DNA from: a virus
IMG/VR virus record: IMGVR_UViG_3300012973_000014
Location: 22-64,021 of that record
Length of the DNA: 64,000 bases
Reading direction: 5' to 3' (one strand)
Shown: piece after piece, positions 56,381 through 64,000 of the stretch
Layout of the letters: the number at the start of each line of letters is the position of its first letter
Position numbering within the stretch: position 1 is the stretch's first letter
The notes under the pieces: model-generated
Told to the model about the DNA's origin: nothing
Seen by the model: the letters and a program-made list of their open reading frames with translations, nothing else
Database searches by the model: none
Made by a program: the position numbers and the translations under genes

Positions 56381-56638
56381 TTATCCTCCAATATTATCCT
56401 GCACAATAGCAGGGGATTGTTCCAATCTTTGTCTGATTCTCTCAGCCCTTATATCATCCACTTCTTTCTTATACTGGTTATAACCTATGCCGAATCTAAG
56501 CGCCATCTGAATAGCCTTCTCACGTTGTTGCTCCTCAGTCAAAGCTTTGCTACCCGACTTTTTCTTGCCAGCACTAACCTTCTCAGGCTTACCCTTGCGT
56601 AATCCGGTCTTATCCATCAACATCAACGTCTGTTTCAA
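56381..56638 (-). CDS. tail assembly chaperone (second ORF; possible frameshift partner)
   Basis: 85 aa. Between the 178-aa chaperone-like ORF and the TMP. Different frame from the upstream ORF. Confidence 0.35.
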   Translation of the reverse strand: MKQTLMLMDKTGLRKGKPEKVSAGKKKSGSKALTEEQQREKAIQMALRFGIGYNQYKKEVDDIRAERIRQRLEQSPAIVQDNIGG

Positions 56639-56700
56639 GATACTATCCCTATGCCAGTAGCACCATTCAGTCCACCAGTTAACAGAACCATATAAGGCAA

Positions 56701-57237
56701 TTATGATGTCGTTTCTTGCTCCGATTTTAGTCTTGCTGCGATATTCGTAATAGTCTCCTTGGTTATCTCTGTCTCCATCATCGCAGCCATGTGGAGAGAT
56801 GCCAAGTTCTTGGAAAAAAAAGCCATGTCGGAGTTATCTATGATTTTACTGATAATCGGCAGAAAATCCTCCTGACTGTACTTCCTATCCAACTTACGCC
56901 ATAGATACCAGTGGAACAGCTTTATCTTCCAAGGATACTTCAAGATAGCCAGCGATATCACTTTTGGAACCAGCAATCTATCCTCATCGCTCTCCCTAAT
57001 ATCTTCCTCGCTTCTCGCTCTCTGAATATCAAATACGAGCCTGTTAATTTTACGCGAAGTCCACTGACCCAACCTCGCAATTTTATATATCTTTTTGCCT
57101 AGCTGGAAAGTGAGTTTTTCATTCTCCTCCAGCTCCTGCAGTTTCTCTCTAATCTCTATTATTTTATCCATATCTAAAAATAACAAAGGGGAGAGTTTAA
57201 CACCCTCCCCCACCGTTAATAAATCTTGCTGCTTCAA
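56701..57237 (-). CDS. tail assembly chaperone candidate
   Basis: 178 aa. Position between the major tail protein and the TMP. Confidence 0.4.
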   Translation of the reverse strand: MKQQDLLTVGEGVKLSPLLFLDMDKIIEIREKLQELEENEKLTFQLGKKIYKIARLGQWTSRKINRLVFDIQRARSEEDIRESDEDRLLVPKVISLAILKYPWKIKLFHWYLWRKLDRKYSQEDFLPIISKIIDNSDMAFFSKNLASLHMAAMMETEITKETITNIAARLKSEQETTS

Positions 57238-57240
57238 AGA

Positions 57241-57819
57241 TTATGCTGCGTAATCAAGAGCACCGTTAAGAATCATACCGGTTTTCAAGTTGGCAGTGTC
57301 GATAGCCTGAGCTGTGATTGACATGTGGATAGCAAACATCTTATCCTCATAAGTCAAAGCAGAAACGATTTTCGCTTTAGGGAAGATAAGGGTTTTGTTC
57401 TTCGCATCATTGGTTACTGCAACAGGACACTCAATTACAGGAAGTGCCACTCCAAAACCTACAGCGGTAGCGGTAGACTCCTGTTTAATCCAATCAGCAT
57501 CCAAGCCTGAAACCTGAATATCTGTTCCAGCCAACAGTAGTTTTACCAAAGCGTTGTCCATATCAGCCAAAGTAGCCTCAAATGCAAGAGTACCTGCAGT
57601 TGAAGTAGTGGTAATAACGTTACCCTGCTCATTTCTCACAACGGTGTCAGTAATATCCTCGCCGGTCCAAGAAGTAGTGTCCTCCTTAATATTACCGAAA
57701 GACTTACCATTTGTGAATGAAGCAAGTGTTGCAGTCGCGTAATTCGCAATAGCATCCCAGTAAATCATATCACCCTGACCAATGAAAAAGTCACCAAGAG
57801 ATTGTCTAGTAATACTCAT
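57241..57819 (-). CDS. major tail (tube) protein
   Basis: 192 aa. T/A/G-rich beta protein immediately upstream of the chaperones. Confidence 0.5.
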   Translation of the reverse strand: MSITRQSLGDFFIGQGDMIYWDAIANYATATLASFTNGKSFGNIKEDTTSWTGEDITDTVVRNEQGNVITTTSTAGTLAFEATLADMDNALVKLLLAGTDIQVSGLDADWIKQESTATAVGFGVALPVIECPVAVTNDAKNKTLIFPKAKIVSALTYEDKMFAIHMSITAQAIDTANLKTGMILNGALDYAA

Positions 57820-57821
57820 AC

Positions 57822-58292
57822 TTAATAAATTTTTACGTTAATATTTATAATTTTAGTTGAATAACCGTCCGTCAAACTCTTTCCTGAGTAGACCATGTTA
57901 TTTTTATCTATAGAATAGTGAAATTGACCCAAAACGAGTTGGTCACCAATATACTTATCCAGCAAACCTAATAAGTAATTCTCGCGAATTGTATTCACTG
58001 AACCAACGCTTAATAGTTTAGTGTTAACAATAAGCATTAAAGCGTAATCTTTAACACCTCCTTGCGAAACCCTAGTGTAAAGAGGCCCATTCCCCAATAT
58101 TTCCAAATAACTATCTGGAAGATTTGAAGCGGGAGTAGTATCATTAGGGTAAATGGCATCAAAACCATCACCTTCAGCGACACCATCTTGACCTATTAGA
58201 TATAAGGCAAGCTCCTCAGAGATACTATTGATTATTTTTAAGTTCATTTGCGATTCGTCTAAATTCTTTTTCAATTTGCGGAACAAGTTCAT
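57822..58292 (-). CDS. tail/neck protein
   Basis: 156-aa ORF. Confidence 0.35.
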   Translation of the reverse strand: MNLFRKLKKNLDESQMNLKIINSISEELALYLIGQDGVAEGDGFDAIYPNDTTPASNLPDSYLEILGNGPLYTRVSQGGVKDYALMLIVNTKLLSVGSVNTIRENYLLGLLDKYIGDQLVLGQFHYSIDKNNMVYSGKSLTDGYSTKIININVKIY

Positions 58293-58740
58293 TACTCCAC
58301 CAACCGTATCCTTTCTTAGCAGGATTACCTGACCCCATCTTATCAGGTCCTAATCCGTATTCAAGAAAGAATCCGTAATTCAAAGGACATCTAAATACGA
58401 TATGTGTTCCGGGCGCTGTATAAGGACGCTGCAAAAAGACTGATTTTACCAATCTGGCTCCATCTGCAGACATCCTCATTTTATGGTAAGTATATGTTTT
58501 TGGAGTACCTTTTGCCGGTTCCATGGTAAATAATCTTACCAACATTCCGTCCTGATATACGCCACAAGCAATACTATCCCTCAAATTGTAAGTATCATTA
58601 TCCCAAGATAGATTTCCGGCATCTATCCAAGAAGCGATTGAACTCCACAATCTTGACGCTAATTCCTCAGCGCCCGACGCAGGTACTCCAATACCCATCT
58701 TAGCCAATCTTGCCCTAATCTTATCCCAGTTGGAAGCCAT
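58225..58740 (-). CDS. head-tail joining protein candidate
   Basis: 171-aa ORF. Confidence 0.35.
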   Translation of the reverse strand: MASNWDKIRARLAKMGIGVPASGAEELASRLWSSIASWIDAGNLSWDNDTYNLRDSIACGVYQDGMLVRLFTMEPAKGTPKTYTYHKMRMSADGARLVKSVFLQRPYTAPGTHIVFRCPLNYGFFLEYGLGPDKMGSGNPAKKGYGWWSNELVPQIEKEFRRIANELKNNQ

Positions 58741-59057
58741 TACTGATACACCTCCAAATCTTGTCCGCCAAAATCACTATCCTTAATAGGATAAGCCTGT
58801 TTGACCGTAGCTTTATATACGCTCCCGTTTTCCAGTGTAACTTCAACCATATCGCCTTTCATTACAACCAACTCTGAGTTGTCCAACATAACAGTGTTCT
58901 CCACACTGTACCTATTACCTCGGAACCAAGTCTGACCTTTGGTAAGGTAGCATCTACCGCGATAATACTCATTAGGCTTCTCTTTTCCACTTACTTTATC
59001 TAAGGTAGAGCCTCTGTAGAGCACGCATGTATGTGGGTAAAACTCAAAATTATCCAT
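58740..59057 (-). CDS. head-tail connector/closure protein candidate
   Basis: 105-aa ORF. Confidence 0.35.
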   Translation of the reverse strand: MDNFEFYPHTCVLYRGSTLDKVSGKEKPNEYYRGRCYLTKGQTWFRGNRYSVENTVMLDNSELVVMKGDMVEVTLENGSVYKATVKQAYPIKDSDFGGQDLEVYQ

Positions 59058-59058
59058 A

Positions 59059-59418
59059 TTACCAGAAAAGTGATTGGTCCATAATTATCGGAGCATAAGC
59101 CTCAGTCACCTCTTCGCCCCATTTAGCGCGAAGTTGCGCCGCCTTAGCGCTCCAAGCTGAGCGGTCCTGTTGCGAGGTTTGCAGGTTAGCCGTAGTGATA
59201 CTCCTATCGCCAATCTGTTTGCGGTAAGCACCGCCATTTACCAGACCGGCAGCAGAGTCCCACATCATAGCCTCTGCCAAGTCACGCTCTTTTTCGGGAA
59301 CATCAAAAGCAGGGGTCCCCGGCTCAATTTTGTAGAAACCTAAAGCTCTCGCCACAATCCTATCCGGGAAAGTGTAGTTAGGTAAAACTTGTAGATAATC
59401 TTCAATCAATAGTGCCAT
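59059..59418 (-). CDS. head-tail adaptor candidate
   Basis: 119 aa. Immediately after the MCP gene. Confidence 0.35.
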   Translation of the reverse strand: MALLIEDYLQVLPNYTFPDRIVARALGFYKIEPGTPAFDVPEKERDLAEAMMWDSAAGLVNGGAYRKQIGDRSITTANLQTSQQDRSAWSAKAAQLRAKWGEEVTEAYAPIIMDQSLFW

Positions 59419-59435
59419 AACCCCTGCGTTTTAAA

Positions 59436-60545
59436 TTACGATTCAACAGCCTGTGTATCCAAAGACACAATCTTCCTTGGGTCTTTGAATGAAGGGAATG
59501 TCCAAGACTCCATGTTGGTTACAACCTCAATAGGGTCTGAACCGAATATCTCAATAGCACCAATCAAACCACCCTCAAATGTAGTTTTTACAGTCGCAGG
59601 GTTCTGGTCCTTCAAGTAGTCTGAAGGTGAGTTGTGCATATTAAACAACTTAGAAGTAGGGATAAGAGAAACCTTATTCTCATTGAATTTAGCAGAATCC
59701 AATGTAGGAACGCCGTCAATCTCAATCCTGCTCTTCTCGTCAATAGCAACCATTGGAGGAAGACCCAACGCTCTAAGGCCAGCAAGAATCTCGTTATCAG
59801 TCAAGATAGCAAGAGTACTGTTCATCAAAGGCATACGAGCCTTTATAGCCTCAATAACACCAGCGTCAGCAAGAATCTTATCGTATAGAGATTTTGCAAC
59901 AACAAATACTCTGTCTGATGACATATTAACATCGTCATCATCAGCACGTTTGCTCATTTTACGAAGGTCACCTATGATGTCATAACCACCATCTGCTGCA
60001 AACCACTTAGCTTTGGAAGCTTTAAGCTTATTCTTAGCAGGAGTACGAAGGTCAATGGTATAAGCCAATTTGCCCTGATTGTACAGTTTAATGGTCTGGT
60101 CTGACAAACCTTGGAAAATCCAATCATTCCATGTAGCATGGAAACCACCAATAATCATATTGGCACGGTTAATGTATTTCTTAACCATCTCGGCAGCCAT
60201 ATCTACATTAACGAGGTTCATCTCCTCAATAGCATTCAAGTCAGACTGGTCAACTTTGAAACCATGACCAATTTTATGGATAGAGTCGCTGTAGCTCTGT
60301 CCACCCTCTACTGAGCGCAAAGGTTTCTTACCCATAGAGCCAAGCACTGAAGCTTTAACAACGATACCGGTCTCCTCAACGATAGTAGAGAACTTCTTAC
60401 TACGTGAAGCAGGAAGAACCTCTGTGAAAGCTCTCCAAAGAGAGTTATTATACTTACTGTTTACAGTATCAAGCATGTACTGCAACTCGCCCTGATTACC
60501 GGGAACACCCACGAGGGCCTGATAAACTGATAGATGTCTTTCCAT
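59436..60545 (-). CDS. major capsid protein
   Basis: 369 aa. Position after scaffold and decoration genes. Composition typical of HK97-fold MCPs. Confidence 0.6.
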   Translation of the reverse strand: MERHLSVYQALVGVPGNQGELQYMLDTVNSKYNNSLWRAFTEVLPASRSKKFSTIVEETGIVVKASVLGSMGKKPLRSVEGGQSYSDSIHKIGHGFKVDQSDLNAIEEMNLVNVDMAAEMVKKYINRANMIIGGFHATWNDWIFQGLSDQTIKLYNQGKLAYTIDLRTPAKNKLKASKAKWFAADGGYDIIGDLRKMSKRADDDDVNMSSDRVFVVAKSLYDKILADAGVIEAIKARMPLMNSTLAILTDNEILAGLRALGLPPMVAIDEKSRIEIDGVPTLDSAKFNENKVSLIPTSKLFNMHNSPSDYLKDQNPATVKTTFEGGLIGAIEIFGSDPIEVVTNMESWTFPSFKDPRKIVSLDTQAVES

Positions 60546-60558
60546 ATCTTATTCCTCC

Positions 60559-61218
60559 TTACTCTCTAGAATTAGAATATCTTACATAAACATCATTCTC
60601 CCTCATATACTGACGGACTGCAGGAGCGATAGGCGGAACCCTTCTAGTAAGAAGAACGCCGTCAACCTGAGCGAACAGTGCATCCACACCCCACATATTG
60701 ATAGCGTTAGGGTCTTTTACAACATCGTAGAAAAGGAATGCGTTAGGAAGAACTTTAATTTTTGCTGAATCAGCGCTGGCTGCATCAGCTTCCACCAAGA
60801 TAGTACCGGCCTCAAGAGTACCAAGAGTAGGGATAGTCAATACATCATACTCCTCATTAGACCTGTCAACAGCAGTAATAGCAACTGCCTTGCCTGTACC
60901 ATCAATAGTCGCTGGCATAACCATGATAGCCATGCCGGCTCTTGCTCTTGAACCCTCAAAGCCTTTCTTGACTCTGACAGCAGTAGTTGTACCACCAGCT
61001 ACAACCTCAAAAGCATAGTGAACTTTAATAGTTCTTGCATCTGGAGCATCATCAACAGCAACCGGAGTACCAGCAGGAACGAAACCATTGGCAACCTCTG
61101 GAAGAGTAGCCAAGTCTACATCGTACTGTCCGCTAGTAACACCTTTTACTGTACCTGTGAACACGACTCTTGCTCCACCGTAGTTTCTAGAGGCTCGTGT
61201 CATCTGATAATTCTGCAT
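60559..61218 (-). CDS. head decoration protein candidate
   Basis: 219 aa. A/G/V/T-rich. Lambda-like order scaffold, decoration, MCP. Confidence 0.4.
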   Translation of the reverse strand: MQNYQMTRASRNYGGARVVFTGTVKGVTSGQYDVDLATLPEVANGFVPAGTPVAVDDAPDARTIKVHYAFEVVAGGTTTAVRVKKGFEGSRARAGMAIMVMPATIDGTGKAVAITAVDRSNEEYDVLTIPTLGTLEAGTILVEADAASADSAKIKVLPNAFLFYDVVKDPNAINMWGVDALFAQVDGVLLTRRVPPIAPAVRQYMRENDVYVRYSNSRE

Positions 61219-61245
61219 AATACGAATCTGTTTTTAATTAATACT

Positions 61246-61983
61246 TTATTTATCAAGGCCGAGAGCGGCTTTCACTCCACTCTGACCGCTTTCTTGCGAT
61301 TTATTCGCATTATCCACCAATGCCTTAAATCCGGCAGATGCGCTGCCATCACCAATATTTGACTCAAGAGGTTTAGTATTAACACCGAACATCTCCGCCA
61401 ATTCATGAAACTTCTTATACGCAGCATCATGCAACTGGTCAGCAGTAGCGTCATTACCCAAGTCTTTCTGTACAAACAGCATTGCTTGGTCAAAGACTTT
61501 CAACTGCTGCTGAGAGAAATTCAAACCAGCTCTTTTCTCGCTAAGTTGTGCAGCTCTGGCTTTTACACTATTCTCCTGCTCCAACTGTGCAATCTTTGCA
61601 GTCAAAGGTGAAAGGGCAGCCTCCATACTAGCTTTCTGTGTCTCAGAAATCTGTTTTAGGAAATCCTCCATATTAAAAGGCTGTGGTGTAGGTGCTGGCT
61701 CAACAGGCTTAGGAGCCGGGGTAGGCTCTGTAGGTTTAGGAGGCTGATAATTCTTTACAAAATCTGTAGTGTCTTTGATATAGTTCTTATTCATAGACTC
61801 AATGGTCTTGAAAGCAAACTTATCAACAAAGTCAGCCAACTCCATCTCTTCACCAGCAATAGGCAGTAACGACTCAAGGGTCTCTTTAACCGTTCTGTCA
61901 CTAACCTGAAGAGATGTCTTCCCTTCAGCGTTCATAAATTTTGCCTTGATGGCTTCAAGGACTTGTTCAATAGTAAACTTCAT
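61246..61983 (-). CDS. scaffolding protein
   Basis: 245 aa. Helical, Pro-rich linker 'PPKPTEPTPAPKPVEPAPTPQP', coiled coil. Confidence 0.5.
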   Translation of the reverse strand: MKFTIEQVLEAIKAKFMNAEGKTSLQVSDRTVKETLESLLPIAGEEMELADFVDKFAFKTIESMNKNYIKDTTDFVKNYQPPKPTEPTPAPKPVEPAPTPQPFNMEDFLKQISETQKASMEAALSPLTAKIAQLEQENSVKARAAQLSEKRAGLNFSQQQLKVFDQAMLFVQKDLGNDATADQLHDAAYKKFHELAEMFGVNTKPLESNIGDGSASAGFKALVDNANKSQESGQSGVKAALGLDK

Positions 61984-62075
61984 AGTGTCTCTATGTTTTA
62001 TTAAAAAAAAAAGAGCCGGTCATCCCCGTCGGGACAATCGGCTCAAAGGCTCTATATGTATAATGGTAAAAAAGT

Positions 62076-62258
62076 CTATTTATTCCAAGTTTCTAGTATC
62101 GTCACCATCTTGCAATGCTTACAGAATATCGCTATTGACGCGCCACCACGAATATCCATAATCTGCACTGGTAACTTCTTGCCACAATTTCCACAGGTCA
62201 CTTGCTCTGTAAAAACCATTTCCAAAACTTTCTTTGCTTCCATAATGCAAATATACAA
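62076..62258 (-). CDS. small zinc-ribbon protein (uncertain)
   Basis: 60 aa. 'CGNCG...CKHC'. Lies between divergent operons. Confidence 0.25.
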   Translation of the reverse strand: MYICIMEAKKVLEMVFTEQVTCGNCGKKLPVQIMDIRGGASIAIFCKHCKMVTILETWNK

Positions 62259-62306
62259 AGAGTTTCGTAAAATACAAATTCATTGTATATTTGTAAAAAT
62301 TTTATT

Positions 62307-64000
62307 ATGAGGCTTAGATTCAAAGACCCTAAAAAGATACCAGAAAAGTACCCTACCGTAGTAAGGCAAGACCCAACTATGGATGACCCCGGCTTCGTGG
62401 AAGTCGGCGGATACCGTCTGCGCCCCAATGTAGACCTGATACCACAAAGGGGGATGCAGGAGGAGTTGTCACACTCCGACTGTAACCTTATATTTCTAAC
62501 TGGCTCGGCAACAGGAGGCAAGATGCAACCGTATGACGCAGATATAATTACCCCAAGTGGTATAAGAAAGATGGGAGACCTTCAAGTAGGTGATATTATA
62601 TCGTCGGTGGACGGAAATATGCAAACTGTGGAAGAAATCTACGAGCATGGAATGCAGGATGTGTATGAGGTAATATTTGATGATGGGCGCAAGACAGAGT
62701 GCGGACTTGAGCATCTCTGGGAAGTAAGTATAAAACGTAATTCTTGGACTAACTACTCAGAATGGACTACTATAACAGCGAGAGAGATGTTTGACGAGTT
62801 CGACAAAGGACATGGTATAGTAATTCCCTACTGTAACCCAGTTCAGTTTGCTCAAAACAAAGAACTTCCTATTGGTCCATATACCTTGGGATGTATCTTA
62901 GGAGACGCATATTTCAATCCTTATCATGTCCCTATTCTATTCAGTGAACATTCAGACATGTTAGATAAAGTTAAAGCAGAAGGTTACTTATGCAAAGAAT
63001 ACCCTTCTGCGCCAAGATATTTCCATATACAAGGTAGGGATATTCGCAATGCTATAAAAGCAGTAGGTTTGCACGGAAAGCATTCTTGGGATAAATTCGT
63101 ACCCGATATCTTCAAATACACATCAGTGGAAAACAGGCTTGCACTTATACAAGGGCTTATGGATACCGATGGTACAGTATCTGGAAAATGGAAGGAAAGT
63201 ACTTTTAGTACCGTAAGTGGACAATTAGCTTTAGACTTACAATGGTTAATTAGGTCAATAGGAGGTAGGGCAACAGTAAAAAGACATAAAAATATACGAG
63301 GATATACTGACGGGAAAGACAATGCGCGAGACTACTACAAAGTCTGTATCAAAACTCCTTGCAATAAAAATCTTTACCATATAGCCTATAAAAAAGATAA
63401 AGCACTAGGGACTTACAGGAACGGCAAATGGCCGATGAGAAATAAAATAACAGGATACAGATACATCGGTAAAAAACAATGCCGTTGTATCCGCGTATCA
63501 TCCCCAGATAGGCTCTATCTTACCGATGATTTTATCGTAACGCACAACACTTTTGGTGGGCTTCTTGCATCCATGAAGGGTATAGGCAAACAAAACTACA
63601 CAGGCCGTATTATCACAATGCAATCTAAAGACGGCGAAGGAGGTACATCAATGGCTCGTGATGCAGAACAGATTTATGGTAGTTTTGCCGGATGTAAACT
63701 AAGTAAGAGCGGTGGTATTACAGCCGAATGGCCTCAATGGAATAACGCTATTAAGTTTATACACGTTAACTTTAATCCTGATAACCCAAAGGAATGGAAT
63801 GACTTCAAGCAACACGCGAAAGCTAATACAGCTATTTTCATGTACGGCGATGAAGCCTCGGGTATAGAGACTTGGAAGAAATTTGCATACTTGTTTTCCC
63901 GAAACCGTGACTCTTCTGGTGCGATGAGACCAAAGATGATAATATCGTTCAATCCAGAGCATGAACACTGGACCACAGCTTTCCTAAAGAGAGCAGGATA
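62307..64000 (+). CDS. terL: terminase large subunit, intein-containing (partial; continues past the window end)
   Basis: Read by hand; absent from the ORF track because no stop falls in the window. Walker A 'GSATGGK|T' is split by the intein. Walker B 'AIFMYGDEA'. Divergent from the head operon. Confidence 0.6.
   Translation, partial: MRLRFKDPKKIPEKYPTVVRQDPTMDDPGFVEVGGYRLRPNVDLIPQRGMQEELSHSDCNLIFLTGSATGGKMQPYDADIITPSGIRKMGDLQVGDIISSVDGNMQTVEEIYEHGMQDVYEVIFDDGRKTECGLEHLWEVSIKRNSWTNYSEWTTITAREMFDEFDKGHGIVIPYCNPVQFAQNKELPIGPYTLGCILGDAYFNPYHVPILFSEHSDMLDKVKAEGYLCKEYPSAPRYFHIQGRDIRNAIKAVGLHGKHSWDKFVPDIFKYTSVENRLALIQGLMDTDGTVSGKWKESTFSTVSGQLALDLQWLIRSIGGRATVKRHKNIRGYTDGKDNARDYYKVCIKTPCNKNLYHIAYKKDKALGTYRNGKWPMRNKITGYRYIGKKQCRCIRVSSPDRLYLTDDFIVTHNTFGGLLASMKGIGKQNYTGRIITMQSKDGEGGTSMARDAEQIYGSFAGCKLSKSGGITAEWPQWNNAIKFIHVNFNPDNPKEWNDFKQHAKANTAIFMYGDEASGIETWKKFAYLFSRNRDSSGAMRPKMIISFNPEHEHWTTAFLKRAG
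62523..63548 (+). mobile_element. intein (342 aa) with LAGLIDADG homing endonuclease, inserted in the TerL P-loop
   Basis: Hint N-block 'DADIITPSG...LQVGD.I.S.DG'. LAGLIDADG motifs 'LGCILGDAYF' and 'LIQGLMDTDGTV'. C-terminal 'FIVTHN' followed by +1 Thr. Splicing out restores GSATGGKT. Confidence 0.7.

Noticed and set aside
1-64000. Searched for a reverse transcriptase / DGR cassette and for a tyrosine or large serine integrase
   Set aside because: No RT (YxDD) or integrase-like ORF was recognised. The only recombinase is a small resolvase-type enzyme.

Overview
This window looks like a contiguous slice of a large tailed dsDNA phage, siphovirus-like, with no host flanks. There is no integrase and no integrated-prophage signature, although a small serine recombinase and a tRNA-like fragment are present. 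Several proteins resemble Bacteroidota-associated families (DUF3127-like, HU, a TAnnTTTG promoter-like element, mostly Shine-Dalgarno-poor starts), so a Bacteroidota host is possible but unproven.

Modules, left to right:
- 1-4314, + strand: small genes, an orphan C5 cytosine methyltransferase, and an overlapping SF2 'RPYQ/DEAH' helicase.
- 4696-11688, - strand: replication and nucleotide-metabolism module. It contains a DUF3127-like protein, a terminase-small-like HTH protein, a VRR-NUC nuclease, a Toprim protein, a ThyX-like protein, MazG, a thioredoxin-fold protein, a D5/P4-type primase-helicase, and two paralogous HTH proteins.
- 11700-12790: about 1.1 kb of divergent control region carrying at least four iteron families. 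This is an origin/regulatory candidate.
- 12796-28100, + strand: an 'early' array of roughly 40 small genes (about 25 of them behind a copy of the conserved leader cassette). Most are single-gene units separated by hairpins and preceded by a highly conserved cassette, TTAACCAA..GTATTATG, in about 20 copies. A second conserved leader class occurs in 4 copies, and there is a recurrent GCAGWGATGT hairpin-loop element.
- 28737-29498: a small serine recombinase.
- 29600-32100: Cys-rich and acidic small proteins, followed by an HU gene at 32493-32768.
- 32872-35811, - strand: an opposite-strand island with an HExxH peptidase-like protein and unusual Gly/Cys-rich, beta-rich and coiled-coil proteins.
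- 36035-37816: a lipoprotein, a TM protein and an SPFH/band-7 protein.
- 38105-40757: a lysis cassette with a GH24 lysozyme and holin/spanin candidates.
- 41679-61983, - strand: the structural module. It holds an RBP-like fibre, a 2534-aa tail fibre with phage-fibre repeats and a C-terminal S74 chaperone domain, a 1628-aa tape measure protein, chaperones, the major tail protein, connectors, the major capsid protein, a decoration protein and a scaffold.
- 62307-end, + strand: a terminase large subunit interrupted in its Walker A loop by a 342-aa intein that carries a LAGLIDADG homing endonuclease.

No CRISPR array, reverse transcriptase/DGR or rRNA was seen.
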